A stretch of DNA of 64,000 nt from Felis catus. Taxonomy: Eukaryota. Numbering within the stretch: the stretch's first letter is position 1; the number at the start of each line of letters is the position of its first letter. The notes beneath the pieces are model-generated. The model saw nothing but the letters and a program-made list of their open reading frames with translations. It did no database searches and was not told the origin of the DNA. Shown here in pieces: positions 47,507 to 60,790 of this stretch. Where the stretch lies: the NCBI RefSeq assembly GCF_018350175.1, contig NC_058368.1:236284001-236348000 (forward strand), given 5' to 3'. Both the position numbers and the translations under genes were made by a program.

Positions 47507-50500
47507 CTGTCTCCTGAGATGCTTGCATTTCTACAGACTTCCATCTTTAGGACAGCAACTGGGGAGATTGGAGAGAGAATCTTGGGACCCACGGATGAGC
47601 AGCATGAAAGACAAATGGACACAGATCCGCCTGTAAGAAACTCACACGGTATATCCTTAAACTTTTCCATGTGTTCCATTAGGTCCTGACCCACCTCGGA
47701 GACCCCGTCTACACATACAAATCTACACAGCCTGGGACCGGCGCGGGCTGGCCTGGTACCAAGAAAAACGATGAAATGCATTTTCTGCTCAAATTTTATA
47801 AGCGTCTGGGTTCTTAAACCCTATAATTTGCGGGGGTGGGGGGGGGGTGGATGGAGTCCAGTCGCCGCTTTCTCTACCTCTGCCTGGGGTAAGAGATGGC
47901 CGTGTGGAAGGGGAGGGTTCGGATTCGGGGATGATTGGAAGCGGGTCTAAGAGGCAGGGCAGACCCCGGCAGGACGAGACGGAAAGCTTAGCCATCGCTG
48001 TGTTCACGTGGTCAGATGTCATTTCACCAAGAAGCTGACATTGGCTATGAGGCTGTGTCACAGAATGTAAGGAACACTCTAGGTGCGTGGCTCCGTTTGT
48101 GACCCCAGGTCCTTCTTTGCTCTTATCAGCAGGGTAATACCTCCGCCTGCCTTAGTCTCGTGTCTCTGGAAGGTGAGGCGTTCTGGTCATAAAAGCAATG
48201 GGTCCAGGCATAGAACCGTCACCACAACCTTCCCCCTCCACCAAAGTGCCACGGGCAGTGGACAGCTGGATTTTGGTTCACCTCCCACGCCTTTCCTGGG
48301 GAACTTGCCCCTCTGTCTCCCCTGTGGCTGCAAGAGTCTGTCGATCGTGATGCTCGGCCCCGTCCCCTCTTGTGGAGGACGGGCCGCATGGCCCAGCCCT
48401 GCACATAACAATTCCCCGTCACTCTGTCAAGGACACAGGCAGGCCCGGCGGGCCCATCTGTGGCCGTCACTGGGATTGGTAGAGGGACGCTCAAAGAAAG
48501 AGCTTCCCTCACCACCAGGGCCAATGACCAGGGTGGGTGTTCCTTTGTAGCTACGCCGAACAAGTCAGTCTGTGGTGGAAAATGAGGAGACCCACGTGCA
48601 TAGATAGGTGAGATGTGGGGAGATAAATACAAAGGAGAGGAGGCGTTCAGACAGGCCCCGTGTGGGCTTCTGGGGCCAGCCCTGAGTCCGCTTCTATCCC
48701 CCCGGGCAGGCGCGGGCACCTGTCTGCGTGTGTCGGGTCTGTGTGCGCGTGCACACGTGTGCCCGCGGGTGCGGCCGCGTTTACAAGGCTGGCAGGCTCT
48801 GGACCGTTCCCTCCACGCCTCGAACCGTGAGTCGCTACTTCTGTCGTGTTTGGAGAGCGGAGGCTAGAGTATCTCAGGGTTTTGTTTCCAATTCTACCAT
48901 TTTATAAAGTAAAGGGTTTAGAGGAGAAAGTGGTAAAAGAGAAAAATGAAAAACAAAACAAAACAAAACAACTAAATGCTTTTAACCATCTACCTGAATG
49001 TAATAATGGGCTAAGACGGCACGAAATTCAAGTCTCACGTACACGGACAGGTGCATCACCGGTATTTGCACTTACTAAACACGTCCTCCTCCAGCAGGAA
49101 CTTCACATGCGCGACACGTTATTCACATGTTACTTTTGTCACCGGCCGTAGTATGTCTTGTGTTACAGGTGTTCACGTACGAATCTAACTTTCCTTCCTG
49201 GTGATTTCTTGGGGACCCGAATAACCTCGGCATCATCTGGCGTCCAGTCTGGAGCCCTGGCAATCCAGTGAGCGAGGCTCCGTGGACCCGTGTTAACTCG
49301 CTCTGGGGACTTGGAGGTGGTGGGGCTCCTCCCCACCCCCACCCCCCTTTATCAATCCCGCTTGCAGAATTGATCTCAAGTTTGGCTACTCTTGGATGAG
49401 ACACAACCTGCTCACCCGGGCCTCCAAAGCACCTATGGTTAGGGTGTTTTCCCCCTAAATTCTCTCACAGCAGCTCGTGAATCGTTTTAACTGAGTGTGC
49501 CATTTCCTTGGTGTTTCCACATTTGCCTCCTCGGATGCTGGAGGTTTGTATTAAATACGTCAGCAATATTGAAGGTCCTGGGCCATCTGCACGGACGGGT
49601 TTGGAAGCTTACCTCCAGCCCAAGCCCTTGAATTTCTGTGAGTCCCTATTGAAATATCATCACAGGAATTATCTTGCAAGTTAGCCCTTTAACGATTTGC
49701 AAACAGAAGGGGTGCCCTTAATTTTAATTCATGTTTTGAGTCAGACCTTACGTTCTGCTCAATTATATCTTAAGGACTTTTTTGCCAAAGGTATTTAGAG
49801 CCCAAGGGCTTACTCTTCTTGGATATAAAGGATTTGATGTCTATAGCCCTTAATAAAGTGGGCAGCAATTATTAATATAGTAATACTTTATTAGTTGAAC
49901 CGAAACCAGAGATAGAAATGTTTCAAGGTTTAGACTTATAACATTAAAGCCAAATTAAAATAAGTCCAAGAAAAAGTCTGTGAACTTAATTTAGCTGAGT
50001 TCTACATTTTCAAAGGAGAACGAGTGATTTCGTTACTCCTGGTGGTTAAAAAGGGCAGAACAGCGCTGAACTTTGCATTTCTGGACGTACCAGTCTTTCA
50101 TTAAATCGGAACGCCGAAGCCAGCAAAACTTGTCGTGAGCAGAAAGTGGGGCGTTGTGCCAGTGTCACATGCCTCCCAGAGGCGCCCGGGGCTGGCCAGA
50201 GCCCCCCGCTCCCCGGTGGCCGGCGAGAACCCGGCGCTGGGAGCTTTCCCGGCGCAGCGAGAGGAAATTGCAGCCGTCCCTTCCTCACATGCAGGCAATT
50301 AGCAAACCGTATAAATTTCAGAGGGAAGTGAAGGGCTCTGAGTCTTTGAGAAGCGTGAGAGTTCTTGGCCACGGAGTCACTGACCGCAGAAAAAGTGTCA
50401 CTGTGGCGACAGCCCCGGTGACCACGGCTACGGGGAGGCATCCTCTTTACGTGCGAGTATTCATCTCACGTGCGGGTTCTAGGCCCAAACGCCTTGGAAG

Positions 50501-51071
50501 ATGATGGCAAGAGTTGCCCCCAAATACAGAAAGATGTAAACACACCCAGGACTAAGTGTCTGCATTTTTAAACATCCTTCCAAGAGGCGCATTAGAATTC
50601 TCCGAGGAGGGATTATTCCTTAACAAGTTACTTGAGGTAAATGGAAAAATGGCAGAATTTTCCATCTAAAATGGGCACCGGGGGGTTGTTGGGGTGGTTT
50701 TGCAAAATCTGCTCGGGTTCTGTGCCCGGTCAGCACCTCCTTTCGGGGTTTGGAAGTCACAGGGCTGGTAGAGGGCCGCACCTGGCCAGGTGAGGGGGGG
50801 CGACGCACCCCTCACTTCCCCAGCCCCCAAGGCTGGGGGCCGGGGGACTGAGCCTGCAGGAGGGCTGTGGTATTCTCACCGCTCCCCGCCGTCTCCTCTG
50901 TGTCGAATCAGCATTTTGTCCTCACGACGGATCCAACGTTGCCTGTCACGGCATCTTCTACTTTGGGCATCTCCATGCCGTAAACGTCGGTAGGGCACGT
51001 ATCGTTCTGAGTGACCAAAGCGAGATTTTAACATATACGTGTGCTTTCACTTCTAAAAATATCCACAAATC

Positions 51072-51252
51072 GAGGCGCCTGGGGGGCTTAGTCCATTAAG
51101 CTTCGACTTTTGGTGTCAGCCCAGGTCAGGACCTCGCAGTTTGCGGGACTGAGCCCCCCGTCGGGCTCTGTGCTGGGCACACAGTCGGCTTCTGTCTCTG
51201 TCCCTCTCTCCCTGCCCCTATGCCGCTCTCTCTCTCAAAATAAATACGCATT
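51072..51252 (+). mobile_element. Can-SINE with 17-bp TSD
   Basis: TSD taaaaatatc(c/t)acaaat at 51054-51070 and 51253-51269. Confidence 0.92.
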
Positions 51253-51337
51253 TAAAAATATCTACAAATACGTTTTGATTTGCCAACATAGCAGTAAGAA
51301 GCATGACTTAATTTTTAAATTCGGAACAAACGTCTGT

Positions 51338-51398
51338 TGTGTGTGCGTCCGTGTGTGTATGTGTGTGTGTGCGTGTGTGCGTGTTTGCGTGTGCGTGT
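51338..51398. repeat. imperfect (TG/CG)n repeat
   Basis: direct reading. Confidence 0.9.
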
Positions 51399-51639
51399 CT
51401 GTAGGGACTGAGTGCTTCGGGTTTGCACGGTGAGCGGTGTGCCAGAGTCCAAGGGCAGGAGGAGGTAGCCTGGCTCTGCCTCCCCCTTCGGGTTTGCAAG
51501 AAGGAGAGACAGGCCTCTGGCAGGGTGAAAACCGCGGGACCGTCCAAACATTGGAGGCGGGGGCAGCGCCCATCCGAGTGGGAGGTCTAAGCCACAAGCC
51601 CCTGTCCCTGGGAGAAGTGTGTGCAGCTGGGGAGAGAAG

Positions 51640-52330
51640 GAGTCTAACAGTTTGGCGGGGGAGCCGCTGGTCGCAAAGGTGCTCTCACCAGAGACAGCGA
51701 TGCTTCGTACTTTAGGGACACCAGTGGGCTCGCCAGAAATGGCCCTCGCAGGATGCTTGATTGCCGCTGGTCTAGACGAGCAGCCCCAGCGCCTGGACCC
51801 GGCGTCAGCCCACGGGCCTGACACTCTTCTCCGTCGTGGGCCTGGAGGACGACGCGGGGCCGGCGGGCCCCATCCACGCCGTGGCGAGAAGTTCCGCTTT
51901 CTCCCCACTGGGCCCGGCTGCGGGCTCTGCGGAGCCACCTGCCACCGCGCGTTCTGCAAACTAAGTCCCGCTCCACGCCACGTCGCGTGGCCGCCAGCAG
52001 GGCCGGGGAGGTGAGGGCGGTGGGTTCCCGCACGCTGCACCCGGTTTCTCACCTGTGCCTCCCGCTGGCCACGTGCCCGCCACGGGCCTTTCCACGGCGG
52101 ATCCACGCGTCTTCTGGAAGGTGTCCTCTCGGGGCTGTGCCGCTACCCCTTTCCATCGATCCCTGCCTGGTGGATTCACTGGAGCCCCAGGGGGAGGGGA
52201 CGTGCGGAGGGGCCCCGCGGGCAGGGGCAGTGCGCGGGAGCTGCGGTCAGCCCTGCCCGGCTGTGTCTCCACGGACCCCCAGCGCCCAGCACCCTAACGG
52301 GGGAAGCCGCTCCTCAGTCCCTCGGGTTCT
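51640..52330. other. CpG-island-like GC-rich region (orphan)
   Basis: very high GC and CpG density at 51780-52300; no recognisable ORF or promoter. Confidence 0.65.
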
Positions 52331-53270
52331 AGGAATTTTCCAAACAGCTTGCCAGGATCCAAGGGATAGACGGCTAGAGCTGAAACTCAGACCCACCTCC
52401 CTGTTGAACGGGTGTCTCCTTCCAGGGCCAATGCGCTCTGGCCCCGTGGCTGCCGTGTTCATGGGAACTCTTCCAAACGGGACCTACGCTCATAGATTTG
52501 CTGCTGCGGCCCGTACCTGGGTCTCCGATCTCCTTGCAGGCAAGGGTACGGCCGGAAAGGTCACAAAGGAACACTTGCCTTCCAACACAACCAGAAACAA
52601 CAGCGACAAAGCAGGACTTTGGAGGCTCACCGAGGGATTTCACTGGAGCCACTGCACAGCCGTGGAAACAGGGCTGACGGCAAACTTCACATAGACCACT
52701 TCTGTTTGGAAACCCAAAGTCCTCCCTCATGAAAATTTATGGTAAATTTTCCAGCAGCGTAAACGAGTACCCTTAAAAACCTTTCCAGACAGACTAATAA
52801 AATGCAAGCCCATTCAGAAAAGAAAAAAAAACCCCAAAAAACCCCTCTGCTTTCCTGAAAAGCGATCCACCCTTAAAACTGCTAGGATTCTTTGAAAAAG
52901 ATAAAGAAAGTGGCTAACAAATTGTGAGGGAAGACCGAGGTGTCAGGAATGAGGAAGCTGAACAGCACGAGGAGCTGGACACGTGTGCGGAGTGAGAAAG
53001 GAGTGTGTGGGAGGACAGAGGGGTGCTCGGGCCCCCGCCCAAGCATGTGCTCAGTTCCAGGAGGCCTGACCGGTAGGGGGCCACTCAGTGTACAAGGGGA
53101 AAGACAAACTCGGTTAGATACTAATACAGGTTTAATGAGAACTGCAGGATAGTGTTTGACGTTGGGCAGCAATCAACCTATATACTCTTGCCCTAGGCAA
53201 TTGCTAAAGAATATGTCTGACTTCCCTCAGCAATGAAACAAGCAAGAGAGTCATAAAATAATGTTACTTT

Positions 53271-53495
53271 CTTTTTTTTTAATTTTTTTAACGTTTTATT
53301 TTTATTTTTGAGACAGAGAGAGACAGAGCATGAAGGGGGGAGGGGGAGAGAGAGAGGGAGACACAGAATCGGAAGCAGGCTCCAGGCTCCGAACCATCTG
53401 CCCAGAGCCCGACGCGGGGCTCGAACCCACGGACCGCGAGATCGTGACCTGAGTCGAAGTCGGACGCTTAACCGACTGAGCCACCCAGGTGCCCC
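53271..53495 (-). mobile_element. young Can-SINE (SINEC_Fc) with perfect 15-bp TSD
   Basis: TSD aaataatgttacttt at 53256-53270 and 53496-53510; CpGs intact (cacggaccgcgagatcgtgacc). Confidence 0.97.
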
Positions 53496-53511
53496 AAATA
53501 ATGTTACTTTT

Positions 53512-54003
53512 GAAAAACAAATAATCCAGTGAAGAAATGGGCAGAAGACATGACTAGACAGTTATCCAAAGGAGACATCCAGTTGGCCAACCAACACATG
53601 AAAAGATGCTCAACATCCCTCATCATTGGGGAAACACAGACCAAAACCACAATGAGGTACCACCTTACACCTGTCAGAATGGCTAAAATTAACAACTCAG
53701 GAAACAACAGGTGTTGGTGAGGATGCGGAGAAAAGGGGACCCTCTTGCACTGTTGGTGGGAAGGCAAACTGGTGCAGCCACTCTGGAAAACAGTATGGAG
53801 GGTCCTCAAAAAGTTAAAAATAGAACTACCCTGCGACCCAGCAATCGCACTACTAGGTATTTATCCAAAGGACATAAAAATGCTGATTCAAAAGGGTACA
53901 TGGACCCCAGCATTTATAGCAGCACTATCAACAATAGCCAAAGTATGGAAAGAGCCCATGTCCATGGACTGACAAATGGATAAAGAAGATGTGGTACACA
54001 CGT

Positions 54004-54037
<34 letters not shown>

Positions 54038-54445
54038 GAATATTACGCAGTGATCAAAAAGAATAAAATCTTCCCATTTGCAACAATGTGGATGTAATTA
54101 GAGTGTATTACACTAAGCGAAAGAAGTCAGTCAGAGAAAGACAAATATTATGATTTCACTCGGATGTGGAATTGCAGAAACACAACAGATGAACGTAGGC
54201 GAAGGGAAGGAAAAATAAGATGAAAACAGATGGAGGCAAACCATAAGAGACTCTTAAATACAGAGAACAATCTGAGGGTTGCTGGAGGGGTGTTGGGTGG
54301 GGGGATGGGCTAGATGGGGGATGGGCATGAAGGAGGGCACTTGTTGGGATGAGCCCTGGGTGTCGTATGTAAGGGACGAATCACTGCGTTATACTCCTGA
54401 GACCAATACTACATACATGTTAACTAACTTGAATTTAAATACAAA
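53512..54445 (+). mobile_element. 5'-truncated carnivore L1 (ORF2 C-terminus plus 3' UTR)
   Basis: Translates to [20 protein letters not shown] and [27 protein letters not shown] (L1 ORF2 end) with stops and frameshifts; internal (CA)n at about 54005-54034. Confidence 0.96.
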
Positions 54446-55215
54446 AGGATCATGTTACAGATCTCTGTGCAAACGAGGTGACAAAAATTCATCTTACGGG
54501 GAAACCTAACTACACATATGAAATGTGTTTCTAAACATGCATAAGATACAGTCCTTACATACAAAATGTTATACCCGTGTCCTCGCTGGACACGTAGATC
54601 GCAATTTTGTCACAGTCCAGAACAGTTCTATCTGATGTAGAAATACGACAAATGACAGTGCAAGAAACAGCAAAATGCAAAACAAACGCAAATAGTATTT
54701 CAGTATTAGGGGGCAGATGAAATTGTCACTATGCTATCAAGATTCTCTAATAGGGTCGTTTGTTTTAATTTAACTTAGGGGAAGGAATTTCCTTTGAAAT
54801 CTTGCACGGCCTTGAAGCAATTAGTTGCAAATAAGAGGGTATAAAAGGGCAACCATGTAGCTATTGTAACTGATCCTCTGGGCGCGAAGATGCTTGTGCT
54901 GTGTGCTTTCTGCCGAGGTAGGGTCACAGCCGGTACACGTGTGTGAGTAGGCGATTTCCGCCTAGACAGGAACAATCAGGAAGCGTAGATCTATTTGTGT
55001 CTGTACCGTGTTTACGTCGTGTTTCAAATCGATACTAGTTGGCATTCATGAGATTCACTGGTATTCAACTTGCTGCCTCACTTTCTTGGGGCTGTAGAAA
55101 CATCCCCCTTAGAGCATGATCTCGTGTGAACAATTGTCAGATAAATACAGGAGCCGGGAGTGTTCTGTGCAGCTGTGTGGTATTGGTATTTAATGCCCAA
55201 AACGTTTGCTTTTTT

Positions 55216-55421
55216 CCCCCTGAAATTTATTTATTTTGAGAGAGACAGAAACAGTGCGAGCAGGGGAGGGGCAGAGAGAGAAGATGAGAGAGAATCCCGA
55301 GCAGGCCCTGCATTGTCAGTGCAGAGCCCAGCGCGGGGCTCGAACCCACGAACGATGAGATGATGCCCTAAGTCAAAACTGAGACTCGGACGCTTAATGG
55401 ACTGGGCCACCCAGATGCCCC
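55216..55421 (-). mobile_element. Can-SINE
   Basis: tttatttattttgagagagac..ggactgggccacccagatgcccc; flanking tgctttttt TSD. Confidence 0.93.
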
Positions 55422-56373
55422 TGCTTTTTTTATGGTTGTGCCCAGCTTAACCTGCCGGGATTCCAAAAGTGCTACATGCAGTCCTCTTCCCGAAATGCTT
55501 CACTGCCTGCCTCCCTTGCCACCTTGGTCCCCAGCATGCTTTCTCCCTGCTGCACAGGACCAGCTCGGCTCCTGACTTTGGAGCTTCTCGCTCTGCAGCT
55601 GCCATGCTTCTTCTCTGTGCCCAGCTGCCTGAAGGCCCAGGAGGGAGGAGGCCTGCTCAGCAAGGGGCCACCCCTGGGCATTAAAGTGGGCAGGGCAGGC
55701 CCTTCCTTCCAGCCCACCAGGCTGGCACAGGTCGGTTCCGCCCCAACCCCACAGAGCACAGCTGACACCTAGCGCGCCAGTCATTTCCACTTGGAACTGG
55801 GACAGGTGAGGAAGCAGGAGGCAGGCTCTGGTGAAAGGTGTGGTTGAGGGGGAAGGCCCCCCCCCACAACCATGGCCCGAGATGGGGCCACAAGACCCCA
55901 CTCTCGTGGAGCCATGCCAAAAGGCCCTCTTCCACTGGCTCCACACAGGCTTTAAAGAGTCTTGCAGGGTAGTGTAGGACGAGTGGGGGGAGAAGGGCCT
56001 GTCCAAGGGGCAGGCTCTGTGACCTTGGACAAGTCATATAATCGCCCAGAGCTCAGCTGTGACTAAGGCAATCCTGCGGAGTAACCGGGAGTGTGCGTCA
56101 CCTCGCGGCTGGCTTGATGTCTCCTGGAAGTTCAACACACGCTAGTCATCTCTTCTTTCCCATCGCCAGCTTTGAAAGCATCCACTGGCTGGCAGAGTGG
56201 CTGAAATTGAGTCCATTATTAGCAAACAAGGACACGGTGGAGGTACCTGAACTCTGTGGAGCTGGTGAAGGTGTGGGTGACAGGTGTGGGAGAGCTCTTG
56301 GGTAGCCCCTGCGGGATGGAAGCGAACCCATGCAGATGCTGGGGACCAGTGCCTTTATTCCCAGACATGTTCG

Positions 56374-57053
56374 TGTGTGGTCTTGGAACATGTTCACAGA
56401 CTTTTCAACACACCCCTTCTCAAGAGTTAGAGATTGGTTTCTACCCCCTTGTGTGTGAACTGGACTTAGTGACTTGCTAAAGAAGAAATGCAGCAGAAGT
56501 AATGGGCTGTCACTTCCGAGGGTAAAAAGACGCTGGCTCTTGTCTTGGCTGTGCCTCTGTCTCCCCTCACCCTCTCTCTCTCTGTCCTGTCTGTCCCTGT
56601 GTCTCTTTCTCTTGATATCTGTCTCTGTCAATTTGTGTCTTCATTTCTCTCTCTCTTTCTCTGTCTCTGTATGTTTCTCTCTCTCTGTCTCTGTCTCTGT
56701 CTCTCATCACTTGCTCTAGAGGAAGTCAGCTCCTATGTCATCAGATTCCTCAGGTAGCCTATAGACAGGCCTATGTGATCAGGAGCTCACGCCAGCAGCC
56801 AAGAGCCAGAGACGACCTGGGGCCCATGAAGAGCCATGAGATTGAGCTTGAAGGGGGGTTTTCCCCTGGTAGGACCTTCAGATGAGACTACAGCCTCAGC
56901 CAATCACTCAAGAGTTTTGTTATAGCCTCGTGAGAGATCTTCAGCCATGATCACCCAGCTGAGTCGACTCCAGGTCCTGACCCCCACGCTTGTTGTTTTG
57001 AGTTGCAAAGTTTTGGGGGGTATTTTGTTATGCAGCAATAGCTAACTAGTACA
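56374..57053 (+). mobile_element. MLT1F-like MaLR solo LTR with expanded CT tract
   Basis: ctggacttagtgacttgct, cttcagatgagactacagcc, and typical end ttgttatgcagcaatagctaactagtaca. Confidence 0.85.
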
Positions 57054-57069
57054 ATACCTTTCAGAAAGG

Positions 57070-57380
57070 GGTACATACGTGCACTTCTTGACTTACCCAG
57101 AAATGCTTACAGCAGCATTGTTGGCAATGACCCAATATCTGTAAACAGGGGAGTCGATATCTGGGTTGTGTCTATGCATCTGTGCTATTTCACCTTTGCA
57201 TGTGAATAAGAATGAACGAAGTACGGCCACGTGCCTTGTCAGGAGTGAATCTCAAATGTGGGGTCCGTTGCGAGAAGTCGGACACGAGGGCCTACACACC
57301 ATAGTCTATTATGGAAATCTGCACAATAGAAAAAAGAAACATTTGTGTTATGAGGAGGCGGGAAAGAGGTTAGCTTATAA
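57070..57380 (+). mobile_element. ancient L1 (L1ME-like) 3' fragment
   Basis: aaatgcttacagcagcattgttggcaat..gtgaatctcaaa. Confidence 0.5.
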
Positions 57381-57414
57381 CACCAGACCCGCAGTGTGTA
57401 ATTTGTGACCTAAG

Positions 57415-57620
57415 TGGGTTAGATTTGACCTTTTCCGGGGAGGGCTGGTATGCAAAGTCTTTAGCCTCTGTGGGGCCTGCTCAGCTCTGCCTTCAGGGCA
57501 CCACAGAGGCAGCCTCAGGAAATACATAAGCAAATGGGCCTGACTGCATCCCAATAAAAGTGTTTACAAAAGCGGCTACAGTTTGGACTTGGGCCCAGGG
57601 GCCAGAGTTTGCTAAATCCT
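57415..57620 (-). mobile_element. MER58A (hAT-Charlie) relic
   Basis: ctcagctctgcc..aaatggg..cccaataaaagtgtttacaaaa..gggccagagtttgctaaatcctg. Confidence 0.75.
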
Positions 57621-58027
57621 GCTTAAAATCTGGTAATTCCAAACACTGACCGTGTTGAAGTACAGTTTTATCATTTCAGAGCTTTCAGACCTATGCTAAA
57701 ATGAAAACAAGACAATATTTCAGCTTCATTTCTCCTATTTAATAGAAGAAATAAACAGAGTGTGGAGTGAGAGACGCTAAACTTGCCAAACGCTCGTGAA
57801 GGCCTTCTAGCTCAGGGTTGGGAGTGAGGAGTCAGTGTGGCTCCCTGAGGTCGAAGTGTTCAGGCCCCACGCAGCCAAAGGCCCTGCTTGGGCTGCTGGA
57901 TGAGGTTCCCAGTGCGGGGTTCCAGTCCCAGCTTCAGCGTAAGCTCCTTGATCCCCAGTCACCAGATCACGAAGCCACAGTGAGAAAATAAACGTCTTTT
58001 CACCTTGATATAAACTAAAATCTCTCC

Positions 58028-58257
58028 TTTTTTAATTTTTTTAAAAATGTTTTTAGTTAGTTTTGAGACAGAGAGAGACAGAGCATGAGCAAGGGAGGGG
58101 CAGAGAGAGAGGGAGACACAGAATCCGAAGCAGGCTCCAGGCTCCGAGCCGTCAGCACGGAGCCCGATGCGGGGCTCGAACTCACAGACTGAGAGATCAT
58201 GACCTGAGCTGAAGTCAAGAGCCGGCCGCTTCACTGACTGAGCCACCCAGGGGCCCC
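58028..58257 (-). mobile_element. Can-SINE (SINEC_Fc2-like)
   Basis: gaatccgaagcaggctccaggctccgagccgtcagcac..gagccacccaggggcccc. Confidence 0.95.
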
Positions 58258-60109
58258 TAGATCCGAGGTTTCCAAAGTAGAGTTGGTAACACCTTCAAAC
58301 ACATTTTGGGATAATTGTGATAGACTGTATACAGATGACTATTAAAAATCCAAAGGAAAATGAAACACATAGAACAATATATTCTGTCTTTATTTCTCAT
58401 TGGAAAAAAGAAGTTACCGAGAAAGGGCACTGCTGTGATCTTTACCCCCACTCTGTGAGATGTCTGAGCTCACCGGACAAGGCCATCTGATCCTGTAGGA
58501 CGCGTGTCTGGGGACGGAGAAGCCCAGGTCATGGAATCCGCCCTTCACCGATGACAACAGCACCAGTCTCCCTCGTTCCACGTCCTCTGAGCATAAATAT
58601 CACTAGGTGACAACACGCGTGTGCTGTGGGGCCAGGAAGCTCTCGTCAACTGTACACACCCTGAGTTGTTTTCCTGTACCGGCTTCCAAGTGAAGTCTGC
58701 AACATGCAGCATTCTACTAAAACAACCCATAAACTGTCCCCAGCAGTGGACGAAAGGAGAGGTGACTTCCCTACTTATCACCAGAGCAGCTGAAGTGCGG
58801 TCTAGCTGAGGGCAAAAGGGATGCCTGCCATCAGACGTCCACACATTGTGGCAGAGTGTGGCCGGAGATGGCACGTCATCGCCGCACAGCCTGACGGCGG
58901 GAGAAGGTAGGCGGGACACACGTCCCTCCAAGCTCTGGGCCTGTTGATGTTTTCTCCAAACAAACAACCGGCTCCCAAGCCAGTAACCGAGTGACCACAC
59001 TGGAGAGGCTGATGCGGCAAGAATGTTCAGTCTTCTTCAGGATAGGACGTTTTAAAATCCCGAGTGCATTTTAGGACCCAGGTCTAAAGAAAGTGGCCAA
59101 AATAAAAAAAATGAAATAAGATGAAATAAAGCTGTGCTGGGCCCTAGACAGGGAGCAAAAGGGTAGGCGTGGCTTTGGCCACGGGGCTGGTCAAGTGAGA
59201 CTTTTATTATCTGTTAGTGTCTCCTCCCGGATGGTATCTGTAACCAAGATAAAGGTTAACTTAATTTCAGTTCCACTGTCATCAAGTGACTTCAAAAAAC
59301 TCACAATTTCATGGAGCACCATATCAAGTAATCACTACGTCCATGGAAACCTGCGGGTCTCAAGGGCGTCAAGCAGACGAAGACAAAAGGAAGAACCCAT
59401 CTCCTAGGTTCATCCGTGGAATGTCTACCAGATTCTGTGCCTGACTGGTGTGCAGTCTAAGAGGGCCAGTCAGAAGCCCGGCACTCATCTGTGTAAAGCT
59501 CTTAGCTGAGACAACCCCTCCCGAGATAAGTAATTCAAGTAAGGGGAAAATAGGCAAAGAGGAAACACAGACCAAAATCTGGTGTTCTTCAACATGTCCC
59601 CCCGTCGTATGGTCAGGCAGTCCGGATGGCAAGTATAGTCAGAGAAACCAGCTTGATGGGGAGATGTGACGAACATCTTCCAAGGGGCGGACGCAATTCA
59701 GAATTCTCTTTAGACTCTGCCAGCAAGTTACGATAACACCCCATCTGGGGCTTTGATGCTGAAGAATCTGTATTTATATAGAGACGGGTGTTTGTGTAAT
59801 CCCAGCTGATGCTTCCGTGGACCAGTTGAAGTTGTAGGTAGCCACCTTGAAGATGCCCCCCAGGGCACCCGTCTGGATCCCGCCTATGGCCCCTGGAGGT
59901 CAGGATCCTGCTATACATCTGCCCCATATTTGCTGGCAAGGCAGGCATCTTACTAACAGGCATAGGAGAGAGGATATGGGAAGATCACTGCTTCTCAAAT
60001 AGGCTCTTATTTATAGGCAACAGCTTTATTGCGTTGTATTTTGCATACCAAACTCGGTGCTTGGGATCCGTGGGGAATGCATTCAACATTCAACATTTCT
60101 ATGGGATGC

Positions 60110-60152
60110 GTGTGTGTGGGTGTGGGTGTGGGTGTGGGTGTGGGTGCGTGTG
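60110..60152 (+). repeat. (GGGTGT)n repeat
   Basis: five GGG runs separated by TGT. Confidence 0.93.
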
Positions 60153-60573
60153 AGATGCATCTGCGGGTCTGTTAAAAACCTATCTTGGATCATATTTGAA
60201 AATTCTCAAGTTTTTTGAAATGGAATTGTGTTTATTTGCATGCTAGAGGCAGCACAATGAATAAATCACATTTGTGTGTGTGTAGATTTCAACCTCGTGA
60301 TCAGGAAACAGGAAGAGATATAAGAGCTAGTCTACTTGTAGACAATAGGGAATCTCTTTCCCTTCTGGTTGGAAAAAAAAAAAAAAGGATAATAGCACTC
60401 CTTAACATTCGGGCTTTTTTCTCTTTCTCTCTCTTTTCTCCCGGATTAGTATGAGAGATGGAAGGAGTCCAGATGAGCCCTGAAGAATCCCTTACTGGGG
60501 AACCATGTTAACATAATTCAGAGTGAACCTTCATGCCTGTGTTTCTCTGACTATTGCTCTGTCAAATATTTTT

Positions 60574-60790
60574 AGTATTTTTTAGTTTACTCATTCTGAG
60601 AGAGACAGTGAGTGAGTGGGTGAGCGAGTGAGAGAGGAGGCAGAGAGAGAGGGACAGAGAGAATCCCAAGGAGGCTCTGCCATGTCAGTGTGGAGCCCAA
60701 CATGGGGCTTGATCCCCCGAACCATGAGATCATGACCTGAGCCGAGATCAAGAGTCAGATGCTTAACCCACTGGGCCGCTCAGGCGCCCC
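60574..60790 (-). mobile_element. Can-SINE (older subfamily)
   Basis: gaatcccaaggaggctct..cttaacccactgggccgctcaggcgcccc; aatattttta on both sides. Confidence 0.93.

Noticed and set aside
51315..52694. 263-aa and 235-aa ORFs
   Set aside because: Pro/Gly/Arg/Ala-rich shadows of a CpG-rich region; open in several frames on both strands.
53529..53983. ORFs with genuine protein similarity
   Set aside because: Broken fragments of L1 ORF2 in a 5'-truncated element, not a host gene.
59195..59963. Possible processed pseudogene (cluster of short ORFs)
   Set aside because: No recognisable protein similarity, poly-A tail or TSDs.
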